Origin: Bradymonadia bacterium
GTDB lineage: Bacteria > Myxococcota_A > Bradymonadia > UBA7976 > UBA1532
Direction: 5' to 3'
Assembly (NCBI GenBank): GCA_046290225.1
Contig: JBKAGE010000036.1
Span: 192,001-256,000, forward strand
DNA length: 64,000 nt
Position numbers and translations under genes: made by a program. The notes below the pieces were generated by a model that did not search any database, was not told the DNA's origin, and saw only the letters and a list, made by a program, of their open reading frames with translations. Each line of letters starts with the position of its first letter. Position 1 is the first letter of the stretch. Shown in pieces: positions 28,975-38,177 of this stretch.

Positions 28975-29994
28975 TTACTCTTTCTTCTCGGCGCACTCGG
29001 CGCGGGCGCCGTCGGCCTTGCAGCGCAGCTTGCGCAGCAGCTTGAGCATCTTCTTGTCGTACACCTTCTCCTGGTCGCGGAGCCGAATCCGGACTTCTTG
29101 GAACATGATGTCGTACTTGGCCTTGTCGGCGTCGGGGATGTCCACCCAGTGCTTGGCGTCGACGCCAGCGTCGGAGCGCTTCACCACCTTGAGGAACTTG
29201 TCGAAGTTCGCAGCGGCCCAGGCCCGGGACTTCTCACCGAAGCCTTCGGGCATGCTGCCGGGGCGCGTGACGAGCTGGAAGGTCAGCTGAGCCAGGGGGT
29301 AGCGGATGACACCGCCATTTTTGCCAATGCCCTTGTAGAGTTCGAGGGCCTTGTAGCCCAGCGAGGGCGAGTAGGCGGCCTGCACGCTGCCGTTGTTGAA
29401 CATGCCGCTGAAGGTGGCCAGCTCCGCGGGCACCATGGAGGCGCCCACGTGGCGCACCATCACCTGGGCGGCCTTGTCGAAGTCCAGGGCGGCGATGCGC
29501 TTGCCGGCGAGCTCGCCCACGGTGTCGATGTTGCGATCGTTCACGAAGAGGAACACCGCGCCGCCCGGGAAGACCCCGGCCACCTCATAGTCACCAGAGC
29601 GCATGAGCTTGCCGGCCTTGGGTGAGGCGAGGTTTTTGATGAGCTTCTTGAGCAGCGGGTACTCCGAGAGCGCCCCCATGGCCTCGATGGTGCCGGTGAA
29701 CTTGTTGAAGGCCCGCGTACGCGTACCGGTGAGCAGCGCCACGTCGCACTGGCTGGCCTTGAAGTCTTCCGCGGCGATCTTCTCGTCGGTGAAGGGCTTG
29801 AGGGTGAAGTCCACCCCCCATGCCACGGCGGCGGTCTTGTAATCCTTCATGAACTGGAAGCTGTCGCCGTTGGCGCCGCTCGGATCGTAGACGCACAGCG
29901 TCTTGGCCTCGCCGGCAAATGCAGAAGAAGCCGCCAGGGTGCCTACGAGGGCGGCGGTGGCCATGAGAGCGGCCCGGATGTTGGTCTTCGTCAT
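28975..29994 (-). CDS. TRAP/DctP-like solute-binding protein (AdeT-like family)
   Basis: Signal peptide; LCVYDPSGANGD, TDEKIAAEDFKASQCD, GAVFLFVNDR, FSGMFNNG, YKALELYKG, RCKADGARAEC. Start placed at MTKT after GGAG. Confidence 0.8.
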   Translation of the reverse strand: MTKTNIRAALMATAALVGTLAASSAFAGEAKTLCVYDPSGANGDSFQFMKDYKTAAVAWGVDFTLKPFTDEKIAAEDFKASQCDVALLTGTRTRAFNKFTGTIEAMGALSEYPLLKKLIKNLASPKAGKLMRSGDYEVAGVFPGGAVFLFVNDRNIDTVGELAGKRIAALDFDKAAQVMVRHVGASMVPAELATFSGMFNNGSVQAAYSPSLGYKALELYKGIGKNGGVIRYPLAQLTFQLVTRPGSMPEGFGEKSRAWAAANFDKFLKVVKRSDAGVDAKHWVDIPDADKAKYDIMFQEVRIRLRDQEKVYDKKMLKLLRKLRCKADGARAECAEKKE

Positions 29995-30035
29995 GTTCGT
30001 CGCTCCATCGCCGCGGTGGCGGCGGTTTCTGTCCA

Positions 30036-31055
30036 TCACTGCTCGGCGGCGTCTTCGTCTTCGAGATCGTCGAAGAGGCCATCGTCTGTCTCTGTCTCCC
30101 CTGCTTCGTCCCAGAAGGTGCCGAGGCCACCCACGGGGGTGCGGTGACCCTTGGCGGCGGTCCAGAGGCGATCAGAGGTGTGCTGCACCACCAGAGTGGC
30201 GTTGGCATCGAGAAGCTGCCATTTCGGATCGGGGGCGGTCTTCACGGCCTTCGCGTGGTCGACGATGGCCTTGCGCACCACGTCGGGCTTGCCTGCGCCC
30301 ACGGCGGCGAGGATCTGCACCGCCCGGGCAAGGCGCACGTTCTTGGCCTCGCCCTTCTCCACGGCTTTCTGGAGCGCGGCCCAGGGGTCAGCCCCTTCGG
30401 GGGCAGCTCCGGGCACGCTGGTCCAGACGGCGGCCTTGAGCGCCGAGGGCACGCCCCACCACGCATCATCGTTCAGGCACTCCGCTCTGCGGGCCACCTT
30501 TGGGGGGATGTCGAGGGGCACGCCGGCCTCACCACCCGTGGCCCGATCGTGGGTCACCGCCTGGGCGCCGGCCATGAGCCCGAGCAGGAACAGGCTCTTG
30601 TCGTTGTCCTCTTCGAACTCGGGGCACTTGTCTTCGCCGAAGGCCGCAACAGAGGCGTTCCATGCGCCGAGGTAGCGGATCGCCGCCACGCGGTGGTGGC
30701 GCTGCTCCTCGATGCGGGCGTCCTGGGCCTCGGGCACATTCTTCTGATGGATCGCCCTCAAGTGGCGCAGCTCGGCGGACCAGGCAGCGCCCTCGGCACA
30801 AATGCCTGCAGAGAGCCGGGTGATGATCGCTGCCCGGTGGGGGGTATCGGTGACCCTTTGGAACGACCGGAGGAACTGACCCATCGACACACCGGTCTCA
30901 CAGGCCTGATCGACGTCGGGCTCGCTCATGGCAAAGGGCACCATGTGCTCTGTGGTGTAGCCGATCATGGTGTCTCCAGTGAGAGCCTGGATGCTGCACC
31001 CCATGGAAGGGAGCAGGCAGGCAAGGCCGACGCCAAGGGCTCGGACGATCTTCAT
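30036..31055 (-). CDS. Helical lipoprotein, possibly a TatT-like partner of the solute-binding protein
   Basis: Lipobox SMG-C; all-alpha pattern; C..LNDDAWWGVP motif; co-oriented directly upstream of the SBP. Confidence 0.6.
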   Translation of the reverse strand: MKIVRALGVGLACLLPSMGCSIQALTGDTMIGYTTEHMVPFAMSEPDVDQACETGVSMGQFLRSFQRVTDTPHRAAIITRLSAGICAEGAAWSAELRHLRAIHQKNVPEAQDARIEEQRHHRVAAIRYLGAWNASVAAFGEDKCPEFEEDNDKSLFLLGLMAGAQAVTHDRATGGEAGVPLDIPPKVARRAECLNDDAWWGVPSALKAAVWTSVPGAAPEGADPWAALQKAVEKGEAKNVRLARAVQILAAVGAGKPDVVRKAIVDHAKAVKTAPDPKWQLLDANATLVVQHTSDRLWTAAKGHRTPVGGLGTFWDEAGETETDDGLFDDLEDEDAAEQ

Positions 31056-31138
31056 CGGGCGCTCCTGATATGTGGGAGAGCCCCCGTGGTTAGTCGTTTT
31101 TTCGGGGATCGTAAAGAGAGTTGGGCAGGGTCGGACCC

Positions 31139-32038
31139 TCAGGGCTGATGGCGGGGCGGGGTAAGGCCGAGGCCCTCGAGGGCGGCCTCGTCCCCTTCGC
31201 GGTTCAGACGCCAGTAGGGCATACGCTTCGATCCAGTGAGGGCAGCGGACTCACCATCACTGCACTGCCAGCGCACGATCCGGTGGGGATACGCCGCCTC
31301 GATGGCCGCTTCGCATGTACGCCCGGACACGGACCAGCGGGCGGTGTGCGTGGTGAACTTCCCCGCTGGCACCTCGACCTCAGTGGTCTCTTCGACAAAC
31401 TCGAGGGTGCCTGCTCTCACCTGGGCGGGTGTATGGAGGAACCGATCCTGGAGTGCTGAGGAGACGAACTGCGCAGCCTGTCGACCTGGGCGCATTTTCA
31501 GTGTGTCGAGCTGCCTCAAGACGATGAACAGTGCATCTTCAGCGATGGCGTTTCGCCCCAGATCCAGAGACCGCTGGCCCGACTCGCCGTCGAAGTAGCT
31601 GTTGATGCTCACCTTGGCGCCCGTCTCGTCGAAGCGGGTGTCCTGAAACATGTGACCGCACCACTCCTGGCTGGAGAACGAGATCTTGAGCGGGCTGAAG
31701 CTGCGCTGAGGATCGACGAAGACGCTGGTCATCACGCTGTAGTCGTAGACCCCTGTTTGGAACTTCCGCACGTGGTTGAGCTTGAGCACAGTGCGATGAT
31801 CGGGGTTCTGCGGATCATATCGATCCACTTTGACGCCTCGACGGGCAGAGAACGGCTCGGTGACATAGACGAGCACAGCCCTGCCGGGGCGGCTCTGACC
31901 ATACCTGGGCTGAGTGAGCGTATAACCGTTCAACTCCGCCTGGCCGTCGCTCCAGTGCTGCCAGAACGGGTTGCTCTGTGCCGTCGCTGCACCGCTGAAT
32001 AGGGTCAAGGCCACCAGCCATGACCATGAAATCTGCAT
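31139..32038 (-). CDS. Exported hypothetical protein
   Basis: Signal peptide; W.DGQAELNGY.L.QPRYG, VYVTEPF, VLKLN..RKF.TGVYDYS.MTS.F, SSQEWCGH motifs; GAGG RBS. Confidence 0.8.
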   Translation of the reverse strand: MQISWSWLVALTLFSGAATAQSNPFWQHWSDGQAELNGYTLTQPRYGQSRPGRAVLVYVTEPFSARRGVKVDRYDPQNPDHRTVLKLNHVRKFQTGVYDYSVMTSVFVDPQRSFSPLKISFSSQEWCGHMFQDTRFDETGAKVSINSYFDGESGQRSLDLGRNAIAEDALFIVLRQLDTLKMRPGRQAAQFVSSALQDRFLHTPAQVRAGTLEFVEETTEVEVPAGKFTTHTARWSVSGRTCEAAIEAAYPHRIVRWQCSDGESAALTGSKRMPYWRLNREGDEAALEGLGLTPPRHQP

Positions 32039-32185
32039 CGGACACCTCGTTGTGGTGATCGGACTCGACAGAGTTAAAGAAGCTCCGAGATGTTGGAAAG
32101 GTTCAACCTCGAGGTGGTCTCTGGCATCATACCGGGCCAGTTCTGGCCATCATGACATGGTCGTTGACGGAGACCGAGAGCACCT

Positions 32186-34099
32186 TTGGCCCACCAAGCC
32201 TGCTACCATTGCAATCTACTCTTCGATGTAGACCCTCAGACGTATGATCCCCGCTGCCTGCAGTGCGGCCAGCCTCTGGTCGCCTACGCTGCAGATGAAG
32301 CATCTGCTTCGTCCTGGGGCGCTGAAGACGAGGAAGACGAGCCCACTGCTCACTTCCAAAACCCTGGCGGCCAGTGGTTCGACGACAGCGCGCCGGCGCC
32401 AGATGCCGGCCAGAGCACGCGCCTCGTAGGGGTCCTCGATGTCCCCATCGCCGAAGATCCCGATCATGGCCAGACGTCTTCGCTGCAGGCGCCTCAGGAA
32501 GACCGCACCCGCATGCTGTCTCCGCTCACGGGGATACCGCCGGTGCCGAGCCCGGCCCCGACCCCGATGCCGGCGCCTGCACCTCAGGGCGGAGAAGAGC
32601 GCACTCGCATGCTCTCCCCCATCAACGACGGCATCCTGCCCGCGCCTCCGCCCCCAGCCCCCGCCGCGCCGCCAGAAGACGAGCGCACCAGCATGTTCTC
32701 GCCGATCCGTGACGGCTCGCTCGGCGCGATGCCCTCGAGGCCTCCAGAGCACGGCAGCTTCGACGACTCGGACGCCAGCACCCGCATGCTCAACCCCGTC
32801 GATCTGCACAGCGCCACAGTGCCGAGCGGTCACGGCACCGCAGCAGCGACCTCTCCAAGAACAGGCCCCACCTCTATGAGGCCGCCTGCGACGGCGCCGA
32901 TTCCCCGAGCGCCGACGGCGCCGCCGATGCCGCCCCGGGAGATCCCCGAACCGCCAGCCCCTGTGGCAGAAGCCGCACCTGCGACGCCTCGGCCCAAACC
33001 TCGCCCGAAGCCCAAGCCAAAACCCAAGCGCCCTGCAGCGCGCCCACGGCCGAAGCCCGAGGCGCCACCGCCAGAGGAAGCTCCAGCTCTCGAGAGCGAG
33101 CCCCTTGAGGCCGACGCCGATGGGGCCCCAGACGCTCTGGGCGACCTGGTGGCAGAGCAGACCCCTGTGCCCACACGGCTCGGCCCTCGTCGACCCCCCA
33201 AGAAGCGGCGCTCACCCCTCTTTGGCCTCATGGTGGTGGTGGTGGTCCTCGCCATGGTGGGCGCCGTCGTGGTGACGGTGATGCGCGACGACCCTTACGG
33301 CAAGGACAACCCGGCCAAGGAGCAGGTGCCCCTCGACCCTGCGATGCAGGTGGCTACGGCAGAAGTAGAAGACGCCCTGACCTCGGCCATCAAGACCGCA
33401 GGGATGTCGCTCGTCTCTTCTCGAGCCGCTGCTGATCTCGAGACCGGACCCTACCTGCTCGCCGGTGAGCAGTCCCTGGCGACGAGCTTTGGCATGATCC
33501 CCGGCCTGCCCTCGGCCAAGATCCCCCAGACCGTGGTGGATCAGGACCAGGATGGCCTCTGGGTCAAACCGGCACTCAACCCCCTCAAGGGTGCGGCCAC
33601 CGATCCCAGCCAGGCGACGCTGCTCATCGGGGTGGACCAGGCGCGTCAGGCGAGTCTGCTCAAGGCGCTGGCCTACACCGGTCACAAAGCGGGCTATAGC
33701 CGCCTGTCCCTCATGGTGCGCAAGGCAGATGGCTCCGACAAGCCAGGGCAGATTCCGTTTCAGGTGTTCATCAAGGGTCAGAAGCTGCCGACGGCGGGCA
33801 TCGCCCGAGTGAAGATCGACCGCCAGGGCATCGTGGCTCGGGTCTATGCCCGTGACGGCGAGCAGCTCAGCAAGGGCGACGGGCTCCTGCCCCGCCTCGC
33901 CGATCAAGACCGACGCCTCGATCTCGACGGCCTCGATGTTGCCATCGAGAAGCTCGTCGCCGAGCACTCGCAGGTACGCCACGCCATCATCAGCGTCGCC
34001 GACGAAACCCCCATCGCCGACGTGGTGGAGGTCTTCACTCGCTTGCGCTCCGGCTCCACCCGCGATCGGTTCACGGCCTTGATGATGATCGCCCGGTGA
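32186..34099 (+). CDS. Bitopic membrane protein: Zn ribbon, Pro-rich repeat tail, TM, tandem ExbD/TolR-like periplasmic domains
   Basis: CYHC..CLQC; repeated (D/E)RTRMLSP-like motifs; KKRR + TM; two domains ending IGVD...YTGHKAGYSRLSL and ISVADETPIADVVEVF. TTG start uncertain. Confidence 0.65.
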   Translation: MAHQACYHCNLLFDVDPQTYDPRCLQCGQPLVAYAADEASASSWGAEDEEDEPTAHFQNPGGQWFDDSAPAPDAGQSTRLVGVLDVPIAEDPDHGQTSSLQAPQEDRTRMLSPLTGIPPVPSPAPTPMPAPAPQGGEERTRMLSPINDGILPAPPPPAPAAPPEDERTSMFSPIRDGSLGAMPSRPPEHGSFDDSDASTRMLNPVDLHSATVPSGHGTAAATSPRTGPTSMRPPATAPIPRAPTAPPMPPREIPEPPAPVAEAAPATPRPKPRPKPKPKPKRPAARPRPKPEAPPPEEAPALESEPLEADADGAPDALGDLVAEQTPVPTRLGPRRPPKKRRSPLFGLMVVVVVLAMVGAVVVTVMRDDPYGKDNPAKEQVPLDPAMQVATAEVEDALTSAIKTAGMSLVSSRAAADLETGPYLLAGEQSLATSFGMIPGLPSAKIPQTVVDQDQDGLWVKPALNPLKGAATDPSQATLLIGVDQARQASLLKALAYTGHKAGYSRLSLMVRKADGSDKPGQIPFQVFIKGQKLPTAGIARVKIDRQGIVARVYARDGEQLSKGDGLLPRLADQDRRLDLDGLDVAIEKLVAEHSQVRHAIISVADETPIADVVEVFTRLRSGSTRDRFTALMMIAR

Positions 34100-34108
34100 G
34101 CTGACCTC

Positions 34109-35290
34109 ATGCATGTACAACAGCCTGCCCGAGTGCTTGGCCGCGTCGATCGGGGTCGACCGGGGCCTTCTTTTGTCATTCTCTGCGCCGTACATGGCAA
34201 CGAGCCTGGGGGCGTGGGCGCCGCCCGCAGAGTGATCCGTACGATCAAGGCCCATGGGATCCCCCTCTCGGGGCGAGTGCTCGCCCTTCTGGGGAACAGC
34301 GGTGCCTACGCTCGAGGGGTGCGGCAACAGCAACACGATCTCAATCGTGCGTGGACAGCGTCGGCGCTGCAGACGCTCTTCAACCAGGATCCAGCCCAGG
34401 ATGATCCAGAGCAGCGCGAGCAGAGGGCGCTGCTCGTAGCGCTGTCTCCCTTCATCGAACACCCCGAGCAGCCCACGATCTTCGTCGACCTGCACAGTAC
34501 CTCTGGTCCGGGGGCACCTTTCTCCGTCGGCGCCGACACACTGCGGAACCGCCGCCTGATCGACGCCCTGGGCCTGCCGGTCATGTTGGGACTGGAAGAG
34601 ATCATCGAGGGCACGCTGCTGGGTCTCCTCTCCGATCTGGGCCATGTCACAGTGGGGGTGGAAGGCGGACAACACGACGATCCCCGCACGGTGGACAACC
34701 TCGAGTCGGTGCTGTGGCAAGCCCTCGCAGCCACGGGGCAGATCAGACGCGTCGATATCCCCGAACGGCGCAAACACGTCGATCGGCTGAGAGCGGCCAC
34801 CGAAGGTCTCCCGCGGTACGTCGAGGTGCGCCATCGCCACGGCATCACACCGAGCGAGGCCTTTGCCATGCGGCCGGGCTTCACCAACTTTCAGCCAGTG
34901 ACTGTGGGCGACGTGCTCGGCGAAGACGCCAACGGGCCCGTCAAGGCGCCCTTCACGGGCCGTCTGCTCATGCCCCTCTATCAATCCACGGGCGACGACG
35001 GCTTCTTCATGGGGCGCGATGTGAGCATGCCCTGGCTCGTCACCTCAGAGGTGGCCCGGCGAGCGCGGATTGATCGTCTCCTGCACCTGCTTCCAGGCGT
35101 CGATCGACACCCCGACGAGCCCGACCAGCTTCTGGTCGAGTCCGACCGGGAGGATGATCCGCTGCTGCGCCTGTTCGGCTACCGTCGACAGCACCCCCAC
35201 CCCATGGGCACCCAGCTTTCTCGCAGACGACCTGATCACCTGCCCCCCATCGATCATCGTCATCATCATGCGTTCAAGGGTCAGCGCTGA
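34109..35290 (+). CDS. Succinylglutamate desuccinylase / aspartoacylase (M14-like) family protein
   Basis: VHGNEPGG, DLNRAW, VDLHSTS, VEGGQH, GFTNFQPV. Confidence 0.9.
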   Translation: MHVQQPARVLGRVDRGRPGPSFVILCAVHGNEPGGVGAARRVIRTIKAHGIPLSGRVLALLGNSGAYARGVRQQQHDLNRAWTASALQTLFNQDPAQDDPEQREQRALLVALSPFIEHPEQPTIFVDLHSTSGPGAPFSVGADTLRNRRLIDALGLPVMLGLEEIIEGTLLGLLSDLGHVTVGVEGGQHDDPRTVDNLESVLWQALAATGQIRRVDIPERRKHVDRLRAATEGLPRYVEVRHRHGITPSEAFAMRPGFTNFQPVTVGDVLGEDANGPVKAPFTGRLLMPLYQSTGDDGFFMGRDVSMPWLVTSEVARRARIDRLLHLLPGVDRHPDEPDQLLVESDREDDPLLRLFGYRRQHPHPMGTQLSRRRPDHLPPIDHRHHHAFKGQR

Positions 35291-36513
35291 GCCGAGGTGT
35301 CGATGTCGGCCTGCATCCACCTGGACCACTGATACTCCACTGGAGCCGCGCTGTCGGCGAGGCTGCGTCGAGGCGATCGGAGGCGTACCCGCATCCACCG
35401 CGTCTCTGGCTCCACCATCAGCTGATGCACCACCTCTGGCAGCGCCACCCTGGCACCCTGCAGCCACATCTGCTCTCGACCCCACGGCTGACCTGAGCGG
35501 TTGGCGCTCTTCAATGCACGATAGCGTCGGCACTGAGCGGGGGTGCCCACGCCTTGACGGTGGTGGTTGGTGGCCACCAGCGCCCCCTTCATCTCGGGAT
35601 CGTCGCTGGCCCCTCTACGTGACACACGCTGTGGGGTGATTTCGAAGACAGCGGCGGGATCGGCGTCAGGTCGCGCAGGCTCGATGGCGTGCACGATGTA
35701 GTGTCCGGCGTGGCGCGCCTCTTTGAGCATGCGCGCCAGAGTGTCCATCGTGGATCCACGGCGCTCCACGGCCGCCCTCAAGATCAGCCCCCCTGGTGTG
35801 AACCCCTCGCGGAATGCCTTCAGTGAAGTGTTGCGACCGGCCATGTTGAAGAACACGCCGAGACCCGAGGCGCCCAGACACGACAGACAGCCGAGGTAGC
35901 CCGCAAAGCCGATCGACACAAAAGGCTGTGATGCAGGATCGTCAGGGTGGTGCACAAAGATGATTTGATTGCGCAACAGCGCCGGATGATCGCTCCAGTC
36001 AAGCTGACGTACCAGTCTGCCTGCGCCACCGGTCGAGCGGCCACCCCAGGCGCTCATGGAGGAGCACCCCAAGCCCGAGAGCTCGGTGTAGGCGTTGAGC
36101 AGCAACAAATCTTCTGCGGTGAGCGCGCGGCCGAGAGCCTCCAGGTGAGCCCCACCCGCAGCCTTCAAGCCGTCGATGACACCTCGGGCTTCAGTGACGA
36201 TGGCCTCTGGCAAGCGCTGTCCTGCGGTAAAGGCCGCCAAAGCTCGGGCATAGCGCTGTGGGCCCACCTCGGCCACGGCATATTCACCGAGCAGGTCGAG
36301 GGTCTGGTGGCGGAGCAAAAACCCATGGGCATACCCCCGATCATAGGCACCTCCCCAAAGCTGGACCACAGTCTGACCCTCGACCTCACGGACGACGCCC
36401 CCGCTCTGATGACCAGGCCCGCTGTGCTCGCTCTGAGCGCCCCGGCTCTCGCCGAGCGCAGGCATGATCAGAGTCATGGCGCAGATCAGGCACAGGCTCC
36501 GCCCGAGAGACAT
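35281..36513 (-). CDS. C45-family Ntn-hydrolase (peptidase/acyltransferase)
   Basis: Signal peptide; GGAYDRGYAHG; G-CSS nucleophile; RQLDW; ATNH. Confidence 0.8.
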   Translation of the reverse strand: MSLGRSLCLICAMTLIMPALGESRGAQSEHSGPGHQSGGVVREVEGQTVVQLWGGAYDRGYAHGFLLRHQTLDLLGEYAVAEVGPQRYARALAAFTAGQRLPEAIVTEARGVIDGLKAAGGAHLEALGRALTAEDLLLLNAYTELSGLGCSSMSAWGGRSTGGAGRLVRQLDWSDHPALLRNQIIFVHHPDDPASQPFVSIGFAGYLGCLSCLGASGLGVFFNMAGRNTSLKAFREGFTPGGLILRAAVERRGSTMDTLARMLKEARHAGHYIVHAIEPARPDADPAAVFEITPQRVSRRGASDDPEMKGALVATNHHRQGVGTPAQCRRYRALKSANRSGQPWGREQMWLQGARVALPEVVHQLMVEPETRWMRVRLRSPRRSLADSAAPVEYQWSRWMQADIDTSAQR

Positions 36514-36567
36514 CGATCGACGCTGCTGCCTTGCTCGGCCTCTCGAACTGAGCCTAGAGTCTCGCTC

Positions 36568-37158
36568 ATGCATGATTCACAGCTCCTCTGGAAGCGCCTT
36601 CGGGCCTTCCCCGCCGAAGACTATCGGATCTTCAAGGTGGCGTCTCACGAGGCCGCTCACCCCACCACCGAGGTGGTCCGACGCTTCAACGTCATCACCT
36701 GCCCTGACTGGGTGAACGTCATCGCGCTCACCCCCGATGACCAGGTGGTGATGGTGCGCCAGCACCGCGCCGGCACAGACACCATCACCTTGGAGATCCC
36801 TGGGGGCATGCTCGATCCCGGTGAGAGCCCCCTCGACGGCGGGCGCAGGGAGTTGCTGGAGGAGACAGGCTATGTCGCCGACACCTGGATCCACATCGGC
36901 TCGGTGGAGCCCAACCCCGCCATTCAGGACAACACCTGTCACACCCTGCTGGCCCTCGACGCCCGTCTCGAGGGTCCCCAGCAACTCGATCCTGGGGAAG
37001 CCATCGAGATCTGCACGCATCCGCTCGATGCCGTCAGCGGGCTGATTCGAAGCGGCGAGATCTCTCACGCCCTCGTCGTGGCTGCGATGTTCCATCTGCT
37101 CGATGTGGCAGGCGGCTGGCGCCGTCCTGAAGAGGTGGCCATCCCCTCGACCGTCTGA
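36568..37158 (+). CDS. Nudix hydrolase (ADP-ribose pyrophosphatase-like)
   Basis: PDWVNVIA, QHRAG..LEIPGGMLDPGESP..RELLEETGY, PNPAIQDN. The upstream ORF extension is antisense to the C45 gene. Confidence 0.92.
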   Translation: MHDSQLLWKRLRAFPAEDYRIFKVASHEAAHPTTEVVRRFNVITCPDWVNVIALTPDDQVVMVRQHRAGTDTITLEIPGGMLDPGESPLDGGRRELLEETGYVADTWIHIGSVEPNPAIQDNTCHTLLALDARLEGPQQLDPGEAIEICTHPLDAVSGLIRSGEISHALVVAAMFHLLDVAGGWRRPEEVAIPSTV

Positions 37159-37322
37159 GTGGACGCCGCGTGGATGCGCGCACTAGGCTCAGTTTGGATT
37201 TGCGAGTTGGGCCCAGGGCAAGCCACCCGACGAGAGCCAAACCAGACGTAAGCGTGAGCTGGGCCTAGCATGTGAGCAAAATCGAGGGTATGCAGATGGC
37301 TGGAGCCATCGAGACGAGCGAC

Positions 37323-38177
37323 ATGTTTCAAACGCATCGCAGACACCTGCTGGTGACGACCGTATGCCTGGGGCTGGCCTCGAGTCACGCCCTGGCTCAA
37401 AACCCAGGGGGCAACGAACCCGCTGCGGCACCTTCGACCACGGCATCTGCACCAGGGGTGACGGGGGGCCCTGCTGAAGCCGCCCCGGAGACGGAGACCG
37501 TAGAGTCCCTCGCCCGGCAGGCCCGAGCCAGGTATGGCGAGGGGCGCTTCGGTGAGGCTGTGGGGCTCTACCTGCAGGCCTACAAGCTCGCACCGGCCTC
37601 GGCGCTGCTCTACAACGTCGCGCTCATCTACGACAAGAAGCTCAACGAGCCCGAGCTGGCCATTCAGTTCTATCGGCGCTACATCGCCGCCCCCGACGCA
37701 GATCCCAAGGTCGCTCAGCGCGCCACCATTCGAGTGCAGACCCTCAAGGCCCAAAAGGCAGCGCAGTCGCCCATCGTCACTGATCCCAATGTGGGCCTGA
37801 TCTCCGATCCAGGCCCTGTTGTGGGCGGCGAAGTCCCTCGAGCCCAGGAAAACAATCAAGCCCTCGCGGGCTGGGTCACCGCAGGGGCCGGCGCAGTGCT
37901 CGTCGTCGGTGGGGTCTTCTTCGGGCTGAGCGCTTCGGCCTCGGAGTCCGACTTCGACGCTGCGACCTCCCTGTCTCAAAAACAGAGCCTCCGAGACGAC
38001 GGCGAGCGCCAGGCCCTGGTCTCGGACGTACTCACGATCACGGGCCTCGCTGCGATCGGCGTGGGTCTCTGGCTGGCTTTGACCGCAGAAGAGCCCTCAC
38101 AACGAAAGGGTGTCAGCGTCGGGGTAGCCCCCACGGCAGAGGGTGGTTTCGGCTTCTGGCTCGGGGGTGACCTGTGA
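37323..38177 (+). CDS. Exported TPR protein with C-terminal hydrophobic segments
   Basis: Signal peptide ALA-Q; YGEGRFGEAV..AYKLAP..LYNVA TPR; Gly-rich hydrophobic helices. Start uncertain (37272-37323). Confidence 0.8.
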   Translation: MFQTHRRHLLVTTVCLGLASSHALAQNPGGNEPAAAPSTTASAPGVTGGPAEAAPETETVESLARQARARYGEGRFGEAVGLYLQAYKLAPASALLYNVALIYDKKLNEPELAIQFYRRYIAAPDADPKVAQRATIRVQTLKAQKAAQSPIVTDPNVGLISDPGPVVGGEVPRAQENNQALAGWVTAGAGAVLVVGGVFFGLSASASESDFDAATSLSQKQSLRDDGERQALVSDVLTITGLAAIGVGLWLALTAEEPSQRKGVSVGVAPTAEGGFGFWLGGDL

